From Parvularculaceae bacterium (GTDB taxonomy: Bacteria > Pseudomonadota > Alphaproteobacteria > Caulobacterales > Parvularculaceae), in contig OZ253669.1 in the NCBI GenBank assembly GCA_965263375.1, forward strand, positions 1,038,282-1,102,281: a DNA stretch of 64,000 nucleotides. The letters are read 5' to 3'. A program made the position numbers and the translations under genes. The notes under the pieces are model-generated. The model did no database searches, was not told the origin of the DNA, and worked only from the letters and a program-made list of their open reading frames with translations. This document shows, piece after piece, positions 53,891 to 63,246 of the stretch. Position 1 is the first letter of the stretch; every line of letters starts with the position of its first letter.

Positions 53891-54801
53891 CGGGACTATC
53901 GCTCTATTTAGAAAGGTTCGACCGACCAGCTTCCGCTTATGAATTGAGTGCGCAAGAAGAGCGCATGCGTGAGATTGAAGAGGCGCGCTCGCAAGCTTAT
54001 CAAGACGGGGTTGAGGCCGGCCGGGCGCAAGCTGTTGAAGACAGAGAGCAAACCAACGAAACGTTGACGCAAATGTTGGCTTGTTTGGACGCGGAAATAA
54101 ACAACTTGCCAAGTCGTGTGCGATCAGAGGTCGCAGAAATGACGGCTAAAATCGCCGCTGCTATTTTCCCATCGTTTGCGGATGAAAATTTAGCCCGGCA
54201 TTTAATTACCCTTATTGAGCAGATGGGTGAACCTATTGCGGACACTAAAATTAGAATTAAAACCCCGTCTACATATCATAATAAAGTATCAACACTTTTG
54301 GCGGAAGCAGGGTATGAAGACAGAGTTAAGGTCGAAGAGGATGAAACAGCAAGCGGACCAATTGCTGACATTATATGGGCCGATGGCGGAATGAAGGTCA
54401 ATTTTGATGAGGCGATATCGACAGCCATTGAAGCGCTTAATTCGCAACAAACGCCTTGTGCTAATGAAAGCTTTGGTGCAGAAATAATTATAAATAGTGA
54501 TGCCGCAAATGAAGAAGAGTTACCTTCTTTAGGTGATTTTGAGGCTGATGTTCCATCGGGTGCAGAAGAAAATATCGATGAGACTAAGCTTAGCGCTATG
54601 CCTGTAATGGAAGACTTGGCTGACGCTGAGGAGTTATCGTCCGTTGAAGAATTAGACCTTAATTTGGGTGATATCGAAACAATAGATGATGCTGAACCAT
54701 CTGAGGATGAGTTAGAGACCGAAGAAGCTTCACCCATAAATATTGAAATGGCGCCCATTGAAGATTTGGCGTTGGATGACAACGAAGAAGAGGCTATGTG
54801 A
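53887..54801 (+). CDS. FliH-like protein with a long polyacidic C-terminal extension (tentative)
   Basis: 304 aa, located between fliF and fliN (4-nt overlaps on both sides). The N-terminal helical segment (...EEARSQAYQDGVEAGRAQA...) is FliH-like. The last roughly 100 aa are D/E-rich. Confidence 0.45.
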   Translation: MTGLSLYLERFDRPASAYELSAQEERMREIEEARSQAYQDGVEAGRAQAVEDREQTNETLTQMLACLDAEINNLPSRVRSEVAEMTAKIAAAIFPSFADENLARHLITLIEQMGEPIADTKIRIKTPSTYHNKVSTLLAEAGYEDRVKVEEDETASGPIADIIWADGGMKVNFDEAISTAIEALNSQQTPCANESFGAEIIINSDAANEEELPSLGDFEADVPSGAEENIDETKLSAMPVMEDLADAEELSSVEELDLNLGDIETIDDAEPSEDELETEEASPINIEMAPIEDLALDDNEEEAM

Positions 54802-55190
54802 TGAGTGACATGATTGATGAGCCGGGAAATCTTCCTGACGGCGGCGGGGATGATTTGGTCTTCGCTGAAGAAGAAGGCGCATTAGCGCCGACTGAAGAAA
54901 AAGAGTTTGAACGACGCGATCAATCGGAAGAAAATAAACTTAAACGGTCTATTTTCAGTGTTCCAATCGAGGTTACCGTTACCGTTGGGACAGCGCGCCC
55001 TCTAATCGGTGAATTACTCGGCATGGGGCGCGATCATCTATTGCCGCTTGATTCTAGCATTGACGATCCCGTTGAATTGCGTGTTAAAGACCGTGTTATT
55101 GCGCGAGGCGAGCTTACCCAAACTGATGAAGATCAGGGGAAACTGGGTATCCGCCTGACAGAGATTATTGAGTTAACGGACCTTACTTAA
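54798..55190 (+). CDS. fliN: flagellar motor switch protein FliN
   Basis: 130 aa. ...VPIEVTVTVGTARPLIGELLGMGRDHLLPLD.....PVELRVKDRVIARGEL is the SpoA/FliN domain. Confidence 0.88.
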   Translation: MMSDMIDEPGNLPDGGGDDLVFAEEEGALAPTEEKEFERRDQSEENKLKRSIFSVPIEVTVTVGTARPLIGELLGMGRDHLLPLDSSIDDPVELRVKDRVIARGELTQTDEDQGKLGIRLTEIIELTDLT

Positions 55191-55936
55191 TGGCGACTAC
55201 TCCGCGATATGCTTCTATCATTGCTGCTATAGCTGCTTGCTCCGTTCTTTTTTGCGCACCAGCTTTTGCGCAGGAGGCAGGGGGCGCTATCGATGCGGCT
55301 GGCGGGCTTAGCGCGCGGGTTGTTCAGTTATTTATACTAGTGACCGTTTTATCGCTTGCCCCGGGGCTTGCGATGATGATTACCTGCTTGCCTTTTATGG
55401 TGATCGTTTTTTCCATACTGCGTCAAGCGATCGGCCTCCAGCAATCGCCTCCGAATATGTTGATCATGAGTTTGGCGCTATTTTTGACGTATTTTGTTAT
55501 GGAGCCGGTATTTACGCAGGCCTGGCAAACTGGCATCCAGCCTTTGCTGGATAATCACATTACGGAAGACCAAGCCTTTGAACGTGCTTTAGCTCCATTT
55601 CAAACGTTTATGCTAGAGCGGGTGTCGCCAGTTGCGATTGAAAGATTGGGCGAAATCGCGCCAAGCGGCCCTGTTACAAAGGCGGAGGATGCGCCGGTTT
55701 CTGTTTTGATTCCAGCATTTATGCTGTCTGAAATTCAGCGTGCATTTGAGGTCGGTTTTGTAATTTTCTTACCATTTTTGATCATTGACTTAATCGTTGC
55801 ATCGGTACTGATGGCCATGGGTATGATGATGGTCCCGCCAGCGATTGTATCCTTGCCATTTAAGCTTGCATTTTTTGTTCTAGCAGACGGTTGGGTTGAA
55901 ATTGCTGGTGCTGTTGTAAAAGGTTATGGGGTATGA
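55190..55936 (+). CDS. fliP: flagellar biosynthetic protein FliP
   Basis: 248 aa. ...LTVLSLAPGLAMMITCLPFMVIVFSILRQAIGLQQSPPN... and ...F.LSEI..AF..GF.IFLPFLIIDL.VASVLMAMGMMM.PP. Confidence 0.93.
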   Translation: MATTPRYASIIAAIAACSVLFCAPAFAQEAGGAIDAAGGLSARVVQLFILVTVLSLAPGLAMMITCLPFMVIVFSILRQAIGLQQSPPNMLIMSLALFLTYFVMEPVFTQAWQTGIQPLLDNHITEDQAFERALAPFQTFMLERVSPVAIERLGEIAPSGPVTKAEDAPVSVLIPAFMLSEIQRAFEVGFVIFLPFLIIDLIVASVLMAMGMMMVPPAIVSLPFKLAFFVLADGWVEIAGAVVKGYGV

Positions 55937-57048
55937 ACAATCTGCCAATGAATGCTTTGCCTGATCTTGATGAGCCGGGGACGGAGCTTGCTTTGACAAG
56001 TGATTTCGACATGGCGCCAGTTCAGGAAGAGTTGAACCTAAGTCCAGCACAAAAAGCCGCGATTGTTATTGCCGCATTAGGGCCGGAGACGGCCGGGCCG
56101 ATCGTTCAAGGCATTCCCGACAACCAACTAAAATCTTTCGTACGCGCGTTTTCTGAGATTGATACGATCCCGCGCCAAGCTTTAGGTCAAGTAATTGACG
56201 AGTTTGTTGACCTTTTAAGTGGGGATGAAGATGAAATTAGAGGCGGGTTTGAACAGGCGCGCTCTTTGTTAAGCGAATTTAAAGGCGCAGATGAAGCCAT
56301 GCGTCTGATGGAAGATATTGGCGCGCCAACTGGACGAGATACATGGCAGCGCCTTGAAGAAGCGAATGATGAAGCGTTGACGGAGTATCTGTCAAAACAA
56401 CACCCTCAGACGGTGGCCGTCGTCTTGTCCAAGTTAAATTATGACAAGGGTTCTTTTATATTAGGCTTACTCGACGAGGAAGTTGCACGGGATGTGCTCG
56501 TGCGGTTGTCAAAGCCGATTTCTGTTGATACCCAAACGCTTGATGTCTTGGCGGATACATTCGAAAGGGAGTTTCTGGGGCCATCAAAGTCATCGAAGAA
56601 AGAACGAAATCCCGGACAAATGCTTGGCTCAATGATGAACAACCTTTCATCGGAACGCCGGGATGCGTTGGTGGCCCATTTGGCGGAGACCAGCCCAGAT
56701 ATTATGCCTGAAATTCAAAAGTTCATGCTGACATTTCAGGACTTTGCAACGCGCGTTCCTGCTAATTCCGTTGCTGTTATCATTCGATCAGTTGACGAGG
56801 AAATGTTTATTAAGGCGCTTAAGTTCGGTCGCCAGAATGCTCCTGATGTTGTCGATTTCATCTTGCAAAACATTTCTCAAAGGATGGCCCAGCAATATGA
56901 AGAGCAATTAGAAAAGCTACAGAAAGTTGCGGTCAACGAAGCTGAAGCTGCTCAACGTGATATTATGGCGGTTGTGCGTAAGCTTGATGAATCTGGTGAG
57001 ATTAAGCTTAATGAAATCGTTGTTGAAGGGGGCGAAGAAGACGAGTAA
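55933..57048 (+). CDS. fliG: flagellar motor switch protein FliG
   Basis: 371 aa. ...QKAAIVIAALG.E.AG.I...; QHPQTVAVVLSKL (EHPQ-type motif); C-terminal ...FMLTFQDF... and the charged helix region. Confidence 0.85.
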   Translation: MNNLPMNALPDLDEPGTELALTSDFDMAPVQEELNLSPAQKAAIVIAALGPETAGPIVQGIPDNQLKSFVRAFSEIDTIPRQALGQVIDEFVDLLSGDEDEIRGGFEQARSLLSEFKGADEAMRLMEDIGAPTGRDTWQRLEEANDEALTEYLSKQHPQTVAVVLSKLNYDKGSFILGLLDEEVARDVLVRLSKPISVDTQTLDVLADTFEREFLGPSKSSKKERNPGQMLGSMMNNLSSERRDALVAHLAETSPDIMPEIQKFMLTFQDFATRVPANSVAVIIRSVDEEMFIKALKFGRQNAPDVVDFILQNISQRMAQQYEEQLEKLQKVAVNEAEAAQRDIMAVVRKLDESGEIKLNEIVVEGGEEDE

Positions 57049-57125
57049 CAATCGCCCATAATTTCAGGGCGCCGCTTTATGGGTTAGGCGGCTTTAGAAA
57101 TTTAAAAATCCTGGCATAGATATTT

Positions 57126-57160
57126 AAAAGCTCCGCTATTATTAAAGCGGAGCTTTTTTG
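57126..57160. terminator. bidirectional rho-independent terminator between fliG and flgI
   Basis: AAAAGCTCCGC-TATTATTAAA-GCGGAGCTTTTTT. Confidence 0.7.
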
Positions 57161-57229
57161 ATATGTTTAAATTTTTTGAGCTATAACTGATGACAGCTAT
57201 ACAAATTTCGTTTTAGCGAAAGCGCAAGT

Positions 57230-58339
57230 TTATTGCACAACCAGCTCAGCATGCAGCGCGCCCGCAGATTTGATTGATTTTAAGATATCAATCATTTCAC
57301 GAGGACTGACGCCAAGAGCGTTGAGGCCGGAAACAAGATCAGCAAGTGTTACATTTTGCTCGATCAGCGCGACCTTACGATCTGCATTGTTATCTATCTC
57401 TATATCTGTACGGGGAAGGACCACTGTTTCGCCTACGCGAGAAAAGGGGTTGGGTTGCACTGCAAAGGGTGTTTCCTCGATACGAATAGACAAATTGCCC
57501 TGTGCAACAGCGACGCTGGAGATGCGCACATCTGCGCCAAGAACAATGGTGCCTGAACGTTGATCGACCACAATGCGCGCTTTTTGTGCTGGGCGAACTA
57601 AAATATTCTCCAGGGCGCTCATCATGTGGGCTGGCGAAGAATATTGCTCATCAAGCTTCATTTCAACGGCTGAAGAATCCAACATTGTTGCGATTGACTT
57701 GCCCGCAGACTGATTAATGGCCGCCTCTATGCGAGAGGCTGTTGTAAAGTCTGGGGAGCGTAGCGAAAGCCTGACGCTCTTCATGCTTTTAAAATCGAAA
57801 GGTAATTCGCGCTCTACGCGGGCGCCATTAGGCACCATGCCTGAGGTTGGAACCCCTTCGGTTACCGTCGCGGCGTCGCCTTGTGCCGTATACCCGCTAA
57901 CAATAATTGGCCCTTGGCCAACGGCATAGATACGCCCATCGGCGGCGTTGAGCGGCGTCATGATCAAGGTGCCGCCTTGTAAGCTTTTAGCATCGCCAAT
58001 AGCAGATACATTGACATCGATTTGCATGCCGGTGCGCGCAAAGGCGGGAAGGGTCGCAGTCACCATAACCGCAGCGACATTATTGGGCCTGAAGTCTTCC
58101 CCTTGTACGTTTACGCCAAGGCGTTCAAGTAAGCTAGAAAGCGCCTCTTCTGTATAGGGTGAATTTCGCAAGCCATCGCCTGTGCCATTAAGGCCGACAA
58201 CAAGGCCAAATCCGACAAGGTCGTTTCCGCGTACGCCCTCTATTTCAACAAGATCCTTCAGGCGAACATTCGCGGCCGCAGGAATCGCAAATGTCGCCGT
58301 CAGGAGGAGGGTAAGCAGGGAGTAAAGAAAAGAACGCAT
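57230..58339 (-). CDS. flgI: flagellar P-ring protein FlgI
   Basis: 369 aa with a signal peptide. ...RLKDLVEIEGVRGN.LVGFGLVVGLNGTGD... and the C-terminal ...L..LVSGLNALGV.PR.MI.IL..IK.AGAL.AELV. Confidence 0.93.
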   Translation of the reverse strand: MRSFLYSLLTLLLTATFAIPAAANVRLKDLVEIEGVRGNDLVGFGLVVGLNGTGDGLRNSPYTEEALSSLLERLGVNVQGEDFRPNNVAAVMVTATLPAFARTGMQIDVNVSAIGDAKSLQGGTLIMTPLNAADGRIYAVGQGPIIVSGYTAQGDAATVTEGVPTSGMVPNGARVERELPFDFKSMKSVRLSLRSPDFTTASRIEAAINQSAGKSIATMLDSSAVEMKLDEQYSSPAHMMSALENILVRPAQKARIVVDQRSGTIVLGADVRISSVAVAQGNLSIRIEETPFAVQPNPFSRVGETVVLPRTDIEIDNNADRKVALIEQNVTLADLVSGLNALGVSPREMIDILKSIKSAGALHAELVVQ

Positions 58340-58343
58340 AAGA

Positions 58344-59342
58344 TTAAATGTAATTTGATAGGGACAAGCGTGAAATCCGTGCAGTCATCAAATACGCGGA
58401 TTCAAGCTGTGTTTCTAAAAGTTGCAGTTGCGTCGCCGCTTCGTATGGGTCACGAGCTGTTCGCTCATTATAAAGATTGGTCAGAATAATTTCTTCTGCA
58501 TCATAACGATCTTTAATGCGTGAGATCTGACCTTCACTCGCGCCAATTACGGCCTGTTCAGCGATGATGTTTGTATTGGCGGTAACGGACAATGCGGCTG
58601 CGTCTTGTAAGACTTGTCGGCGCTCAGTCTCGCCGCCAGCTACAATTGCATCTTTACTGGCGAGAACGGCAAGTCCGCGCAACAGATCTTTGATAGGCTG
58701 CTCGTCTGCACGAACGCTGACATCAAGGCGAATGCCCGGCGATATTTCAATACCGGGAGCATTATTGACGCCGCCTTGATAAATATTGGTCGCATAGCCG
58801 CCAGCGGGATCGTTAAAGTAAGTGTCAAGCGCAGCGTTAATGGTCGCCGCATCCGGGCCAGCCGTTAATATTGCTTGTACATCTGCGATAAGGGTTTCAA
58901 CGCTAGCAAGTGGGGGTTGGTTGGTAACGTCTCCGCCAAATACACTTCGGCCTTCAAAACTTGTGTTTAAGCCGCTAAACGCTGAGGCCAGTGCGATCCG
59001 TGATTCATTGGTCAACGTATTAACAGCAAATTCGTCTTCTTGGCCAAGGGCGGAGAAAATACCTGTGGCGATCCGGGAAGTGTCTGCGCCAATATTACCG
59101 AGAACGGATTGAATCCGGGTAATACGGTTTTCTGCTTGCGTTAGAGTGCTTTGATACCCTTGAACATCATTAATCGCTTTGCGAAGCAGATGAACAGAGC
59201 CAATATCGCCGTTCACAGCTTCTTTCAGGTTTTCTATTCGTCCGGTAACCGCTTCGGTGCGGGCAACGTCTGCATCACTTTTCACTTTGTTAATATTACG
59301 CGAAAGCGAAGTTGTGGCCAATAGGTCTGGAACCGCAGTCAT
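58344..59342 (-). CDS. flgL: flagellar hook-associated protein FlgL
   Basis: 332 aa with a flagellin-like N-terminus. Position downstream of flgK, with only 1 nt between flgK and flgL. Confidence 0.8.
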   Translation of the reverse strand: MTAVPDLLATTSLSRNINKVKSDADVARTEAVTGRIENLKEAVNGDIGSVHLLRKAINDVQGYQSTLTQAENRITRIQSVLGNIGADTSRIATGIFSALGQEDEFAVNTLTNESRIALASAFSGLNTSFEGRSVFGGDVTNQPPLASVETLIADVQAILTAGPDAATINAALDTYFNDPAGGYATNIYQGGVNNAPGIEISPGIRLDVSVRADEQPIKDLLRGLAVLASKDAIVAGGETERRQVLQDAAALSVTANTNIIAEQAVIGASEGQISRIKDRYDAEEIILTNLYNERTARDPYEAATQLQLLETQLESAYLMTARISRLSLSNYI

Positions 59343-59343
59343 A

Positions 59344-60798
59344 TTAGAGCTCCATCAATGTTTGCAGCATTTGTTCTGCGGTTTGAATAACACGGGCGTT
59401 TGCGGCGTATGCTTGCTCGATCTCGAGTAGTTGTTGAAGCTCAGCGTCGGTGTCAACGGCCGTAACAGCTAATTCAGCATCGGCAAGGCCTGTGGCTCTT
59501 GCGGAAGAGGTTGCTAAAGTTCGGTCGGCGATAACGCTTGATGATCCGATGCGTGATGTGAAGCTCGCAGCAAGGCCTGCGGCTGATTGCTGGCCGCTGA
59601 CTTCTGCGCCAACTGGAGGAGTGCGTAACTCTGTTAGTGAGTCAAGCATTGTACGGATGAATGTGGCGTTGCCAGAGGGGCCTGGGCCTGCTGCGCCAAA
59701 TCCGTCACGAAGCAATGTCGTATCACCGCCCTGGCTGGGATCGATAATGGTGTTAACAGCAATACGTCCAGCTAGCCCAACCTCGTTTAACGGGTCAAAA
59801 ACACCGCCCGCGTCAGTGAAGAGCCCGGGGGAGCCGGGGGGTAAGGTGGCGTCAATTCCCTCGAACCGCTCTATCAAGTCGCGGGCCAAGGCGTCAATTT
59901 TGGTTTGGAAATCAGGGGCGATTTCATCGCGAATTTCAAAATGTCCCGCAATGGCGCCTTGGGTTGGGCCCATTGAGCCGACGCCAGGGGTAATGTCGAC
60001 CCCCTCAACGCTTAGGCCAGATAGACCGCCGCCGCCAAAAGAAACTGACGCATCCATACTAAACGCGGGATTGAAGTCGATTTGTCTTGCGGTTTCTGAG
60101 ACAAGGAAAACTCCTTGATCGGTCATAATGTCAACGCGGCCAAATTCGCGCTTAATTTCTTTAACCGGAATGACATCAGAAATTTGATCGATTAGGCGCT
60201 TTCTTTGATCTTTCAAAGAAGACGCGTCTTGCCCGCCAACTTCAAGAGCTGAAATTTCCGTATTGAGTTCAACAATCTCATTTAGAGCCGCGTTTGTATC
60301 GTTAACAGCGCGAGCAATAGCTTGATCAGAAGACAGACGCAAATCTTGTGTCTTTGTTGAAAGGTCATTGAAGCTATTGGTTAGCGTCTTAGCCGATTGC
60401 AGCACTTGGTCTTGAAGGGGGATAGATTCCGGCGTATTGGCCAAACTGCGCAGGGATGATTCAAGATTTGAGTATTGCGCGAAGAAACTAAACGGGTCTT
60501 CCGGATCGCCAAGTGCGTTATTAAACGTTGTATGCGTCTCAGCGACAAGCTGTTCGCGAGCGACTACGCTTTCCGCGCCACGCCGCTCGCGGGTGAGAAC
60601 GGGATCATCAGCGCGTTTCACGCCATCAATGATGACGCCGCCGCCGCCATTTATACCGCGTTCATTGACAACAATTTCACGCCGTGAATACCCGGGCGTA
60701 AGCGCATTCGCGATGTTGTTGGAAACAAGCTCAGCCCGCCGCTGGGTCGCGCGGAGCCCAGACGTGGCATTTGACAAAGCTGATGAAATGCTTCCCAT
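59344..60798 (-). CDS. flgK: flagellar hook-associated protein FlgK
   Basis: 484 aa. MGSISSALSNATSGLRATQRRAELVSNNIANALTPGYSRRE and C-terminal ...LLEIEQAYAANARVIQTAEQM. Confidence 0.9.
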   Translation of the reverse strand: MGSISSALSNATSGLRATQRRAELVSNNIANALTPGYSRREIVVNERGINGGGGVIIDGVKRADDPVLTRERRGAESVVAREQLVAETHTTFNNALGDPEDPFSFFAQYSNLESSLRSLANTPESIPLQDQVLQSAKTLTNSFNDLSTKTQDLRLSSDQAIARAVNDTNAALNEIVELNTEISALEVGGQDASSLKDQRKRLIDQISDVIPVKEIKREFGRVDIMTDQGVFLVSETARQIDFNPAFSMDASVSFGGGGLSGLSVEGVDITPGVGSMGPTQGAIAGHFEIRDEIAPDFQTKIDALARDLIERFEGIDATLPPGSPGLFTDAGGVFDPLNEVGLAGRIAVNTIIDPSQGGDTTLLRDGFGAAGPGPSGNATFIRTMLDSLTELRTPPVGAEVSGQQSAAGLAASFTSRIGSSSVIADRTLATSSARATGLADAELAVTAVDTDAELQQLLEIEQAYAANARVIQTAEQMLQTLMEL

Positions 60799-60827
60799 AA
60801 CGAATTACGCTTTACTTTCTATACCAA

Positions 60828-62138
60828 TTACCGTTTTAAGTTTGTGGTTTCCTGCAACATTTCGTCAACCGTTCGAATGATTTGTGCGTTTGACGAGTAA
60901 GCCCGCTGTGTTTGGATAAGATCGGTCAGTTCCTCGGCGATATCCGTTGTGGATTCGGTTAGTGAAAAGCCAACCGTGGTGCCCACTGGGCCCGTGCCTG
61001 CATCCCATAAAAACGCATTACCGCTGCGTTGCGACAGCTGGAAAGCCTGGTTATCAAGGGCGTCCAAGCCATTGATGTTTTGAACTTGAGCTAGCGGAAC
61101 CTGATAGATGATCCGTCGGAAACCATTATCGAAGAGGGCGGCAAGAAATCCATTTTCATCGATTTCAACACGGCTGAAACTACCGATTGGGGCGCCGTCT
61201 TTTTCAATACCAACAGGTGAGTAAACGGCAGCAAGCTGAGATAACGGACCGCCTTGGTTAGGAATACCAAGGTTAAGATTAATATCACCAGCAGTCGTTG
61301 TAACAGTTAAAAGCCCAGTCGCGGCATCCCATACAGCGCCGCTGCCAAGTCCGGTGACATCATTGATCGTACCACCGTTGATTTGATTGTCATTGAATTC
61401 AACAGTGAAATCGCCGATCGATGTTGCAGGAGTGGCGCTTCCTTGGTCAAAGACTTGAACGTTCCACTGGTTCGACGAGCCTGCGCCTGGTACGACTGGC
61501 GTAAAGACAACATTTAAAGTGTCTGTACCGCCGAGGTTATCGAAATATGCAATTGGCAATTCAAACGAGTCGCCGGATGACCCCGCGTTCGTCTCGGACG
61601 CAGGCAGATTGACCCCTAATTGAATATTTTCCGTCGGCGCGGCTGCAAATTGGTTTCTCGTCACATCGATCGGTTCTAGATCAACAAAACTATCGCGACT
61701 AAACGTAGGAATGGTGCCGTCTGGATCAGCCGGGATCCCCATCAAATATAGACCACTTAAGGAGCGTAATAAACCATCCTTATCAGGAGAAAAAGAACCT
61801 GTGGATGTTAACATGACAGGACGGTCGGCGGAGGTGGAATTGACGCCTTGAATAGTGGTGACAGGTAATAGTCCTGAGCCGGCTATTGAGACATCTGTAC
61901 TATTGTTAGTAGCGACGAGTGCGCCTTGAGCTGCGATGTCTTTAAAGGTTGCGGTGCGAACACCGCCAGCCGTATAAGCGCCCGTGCTTTGTTCCAGAAC
62001 CATACTGGAAAATTCAGATTTCGCACGTTTATATCCGAAAGTTTCGGAGTTCGCGATGTTGTCTGAAATCGTGTTGAGTTTGGTTGAATTCGCCGCCAAA
62101 CCCATAACCCCAGCATTCAGTGAAGAAGAAAGACCCAT
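60828..62138 (-). CDS. flgE: flagellar hook protein FlgE
   Basis: 436 aa. MGLSSSLNAGVMGLAANSTKLNTISDNIANSETFGYKR... and C-terminal ...LIQTQRAYSSNAQIIRTVDEML. Confidence 0.92.
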   Translation of the reverse strand: MGLSSSLNAGVMGLAANSTKLNTISDNIANSETFGYKRAKSEFSSMVLEQSTGAYTAGGVRTATFKDIAAQGALVATNNSTDVSIAGSGLLPVTTIQGVNSTSADRPVMLTSTGSFSPDKDGLLRSLSGLYLMGIPADPDGTIPTFSRDSFVDLEPIDVTRNQFAAAPTENIQLGVNLPASETNAGSSGDSFELPIAYFDNLGGTDTLNVVFTPVVPGAGSSNQWNVQVFDQGSATPATSIGDFTVEFNDNQINGGTINDVTGLGSGAVWDAATGLLTVTTTAGDINLNLGIPNQGGPLSQLAAVYSPVGIEKDGAPIGSFSRVEIDENGFLAALFDNGFRRIIYQVPLAQVQNINGLDALDNQAFQLSQRSGNAFLWDAGTGPVGTTVGFSLTESTTDIAEELTDLIQTQRAYSSNAQIIRTVDEMLQETTNLKR

Positions 62139-62225
62139 AGCTAAAACACGCCTCTACAATAATTTGTCCTACATACACTATGCAGGGTAGAGATTAAAAT
62201 ACTTATAATAAGTGTATTTTTATGA

Positions 62226-63083
62226 TTAACGCTTTGGAGAGTTTTGTTTCAAAAGCGTAATAGATATGCGCCGATTTTGCGGGTCCAACGGATCGTCCGT
62301 TAATGGTTCAGTATCCGCTTTACCTGTCACGGCGCTAATTTGATCAGGCGCGAGGCCTGAGGCGACCATCAATCTGCGTGCTGAGTTCGCACGGTCAGAC
62401 GAAAGCTCCCAGTTGGTGTAGTTTTCGCGAGGTATTGCAAAGCCAGTACTATCGGTATGGCCAACAATTTCCACCTGATTTGTAACAAGACTAACCGCGC
62501 CCGCAACCACTTGAATTAGGCGAACCATTGTTCTTGATGCTTGGAAGGAGCCTGGTTCAAATAACGCTTCGCCATCTGTCTCAACAAGCTCAATCACAAG
62601 GCCTTTTGGCGTTACGCGGGTTTGAATATGTGAGGCGAGACCTTCTTCTTCGCCGGCAAGCGCTTCTTTGATGAGTTGTTCTTGTAAAACGGCAATTTCC
62701 TCAGCCCTTGCCATTGCTTGGGCTTCGAGGTCTTCTTGCGCATCAGCGCCGACTGTGTCTTTTCCTTCTGCGCTTTGATCAAAGGGGGTTTTTGATCCGC
62801 CTGCGCCATCGCGGGCAAGGGTTTTTTCAGAAAAAACGGTTTCCCCGTTTAGGGCGTCTTTGCCGCCGCCTGAAACCTGAATAATAGGAACAGTGGGGTT
62901 AAAGTAATCGGCGATGCCCTTGCGTTGGTCTTCCGTTGTCGCCCCAAGAAGCCACATAAGAAGGAAGAACGCCATCATCGCGGTCACAAAGTCAGCATAG
63001 GCAACTTTCCACGCGCCGCCATGGTGGCCGTCGCCGCCGCCTTTTTTGATTTTTTTAATGATGATCGCGCCAGAATCCGCCAC
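62226..63083 (-). CDS. motB: flagellar motor stator protein MotB
   Basis: 285 aa. ...WKVAYADFVTAMMAFFLLMWLL (plug/TM helix with the conserved Asp) and an OmpA-like C-terminus (...IVGHTDSTG....NWELSSDRANSARR). Confidence 0.88.
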   Translation of the reverse strand: MADSGAIIIKKIKKGGGDGHHGGAWKVAYADFVTAMMAFFLLMWLLGATTEDQRKGIADYFNPTVPIIQVSGGGKDALNGETVFSEKTLARDGAGGSKTPFDQSAEGKDTVGADAQEDLEAQAMARAEEIAVLQEQLIKEALAGEEEGLASHIQTRVTPKGLVIELVETDGEALFEPGSFQASRTMVRLIQVVAGAVSLVTNQVEIVGHTDSTGFAIPRENYTNWELSSDRANSARRLMVASGLAPDQISAVTGKADTEPLTDDPLDPQNRRISITLLKQNSPKR

Positions 63084-63246
63084 GTTTACATCCGCCTTTT
63101 ACGTCTCGATAACGCTACTAATAGATGAATGATGTAAATCGGTGTTTAACGCCGGAATTTATTTCGCGTTAAGATTAGCATTCTTTCAATCTTTAACGCG
63201 CATACCTGAAAAAAAGTTACGGGATACAAATAGGCGGCGGTCTTTT

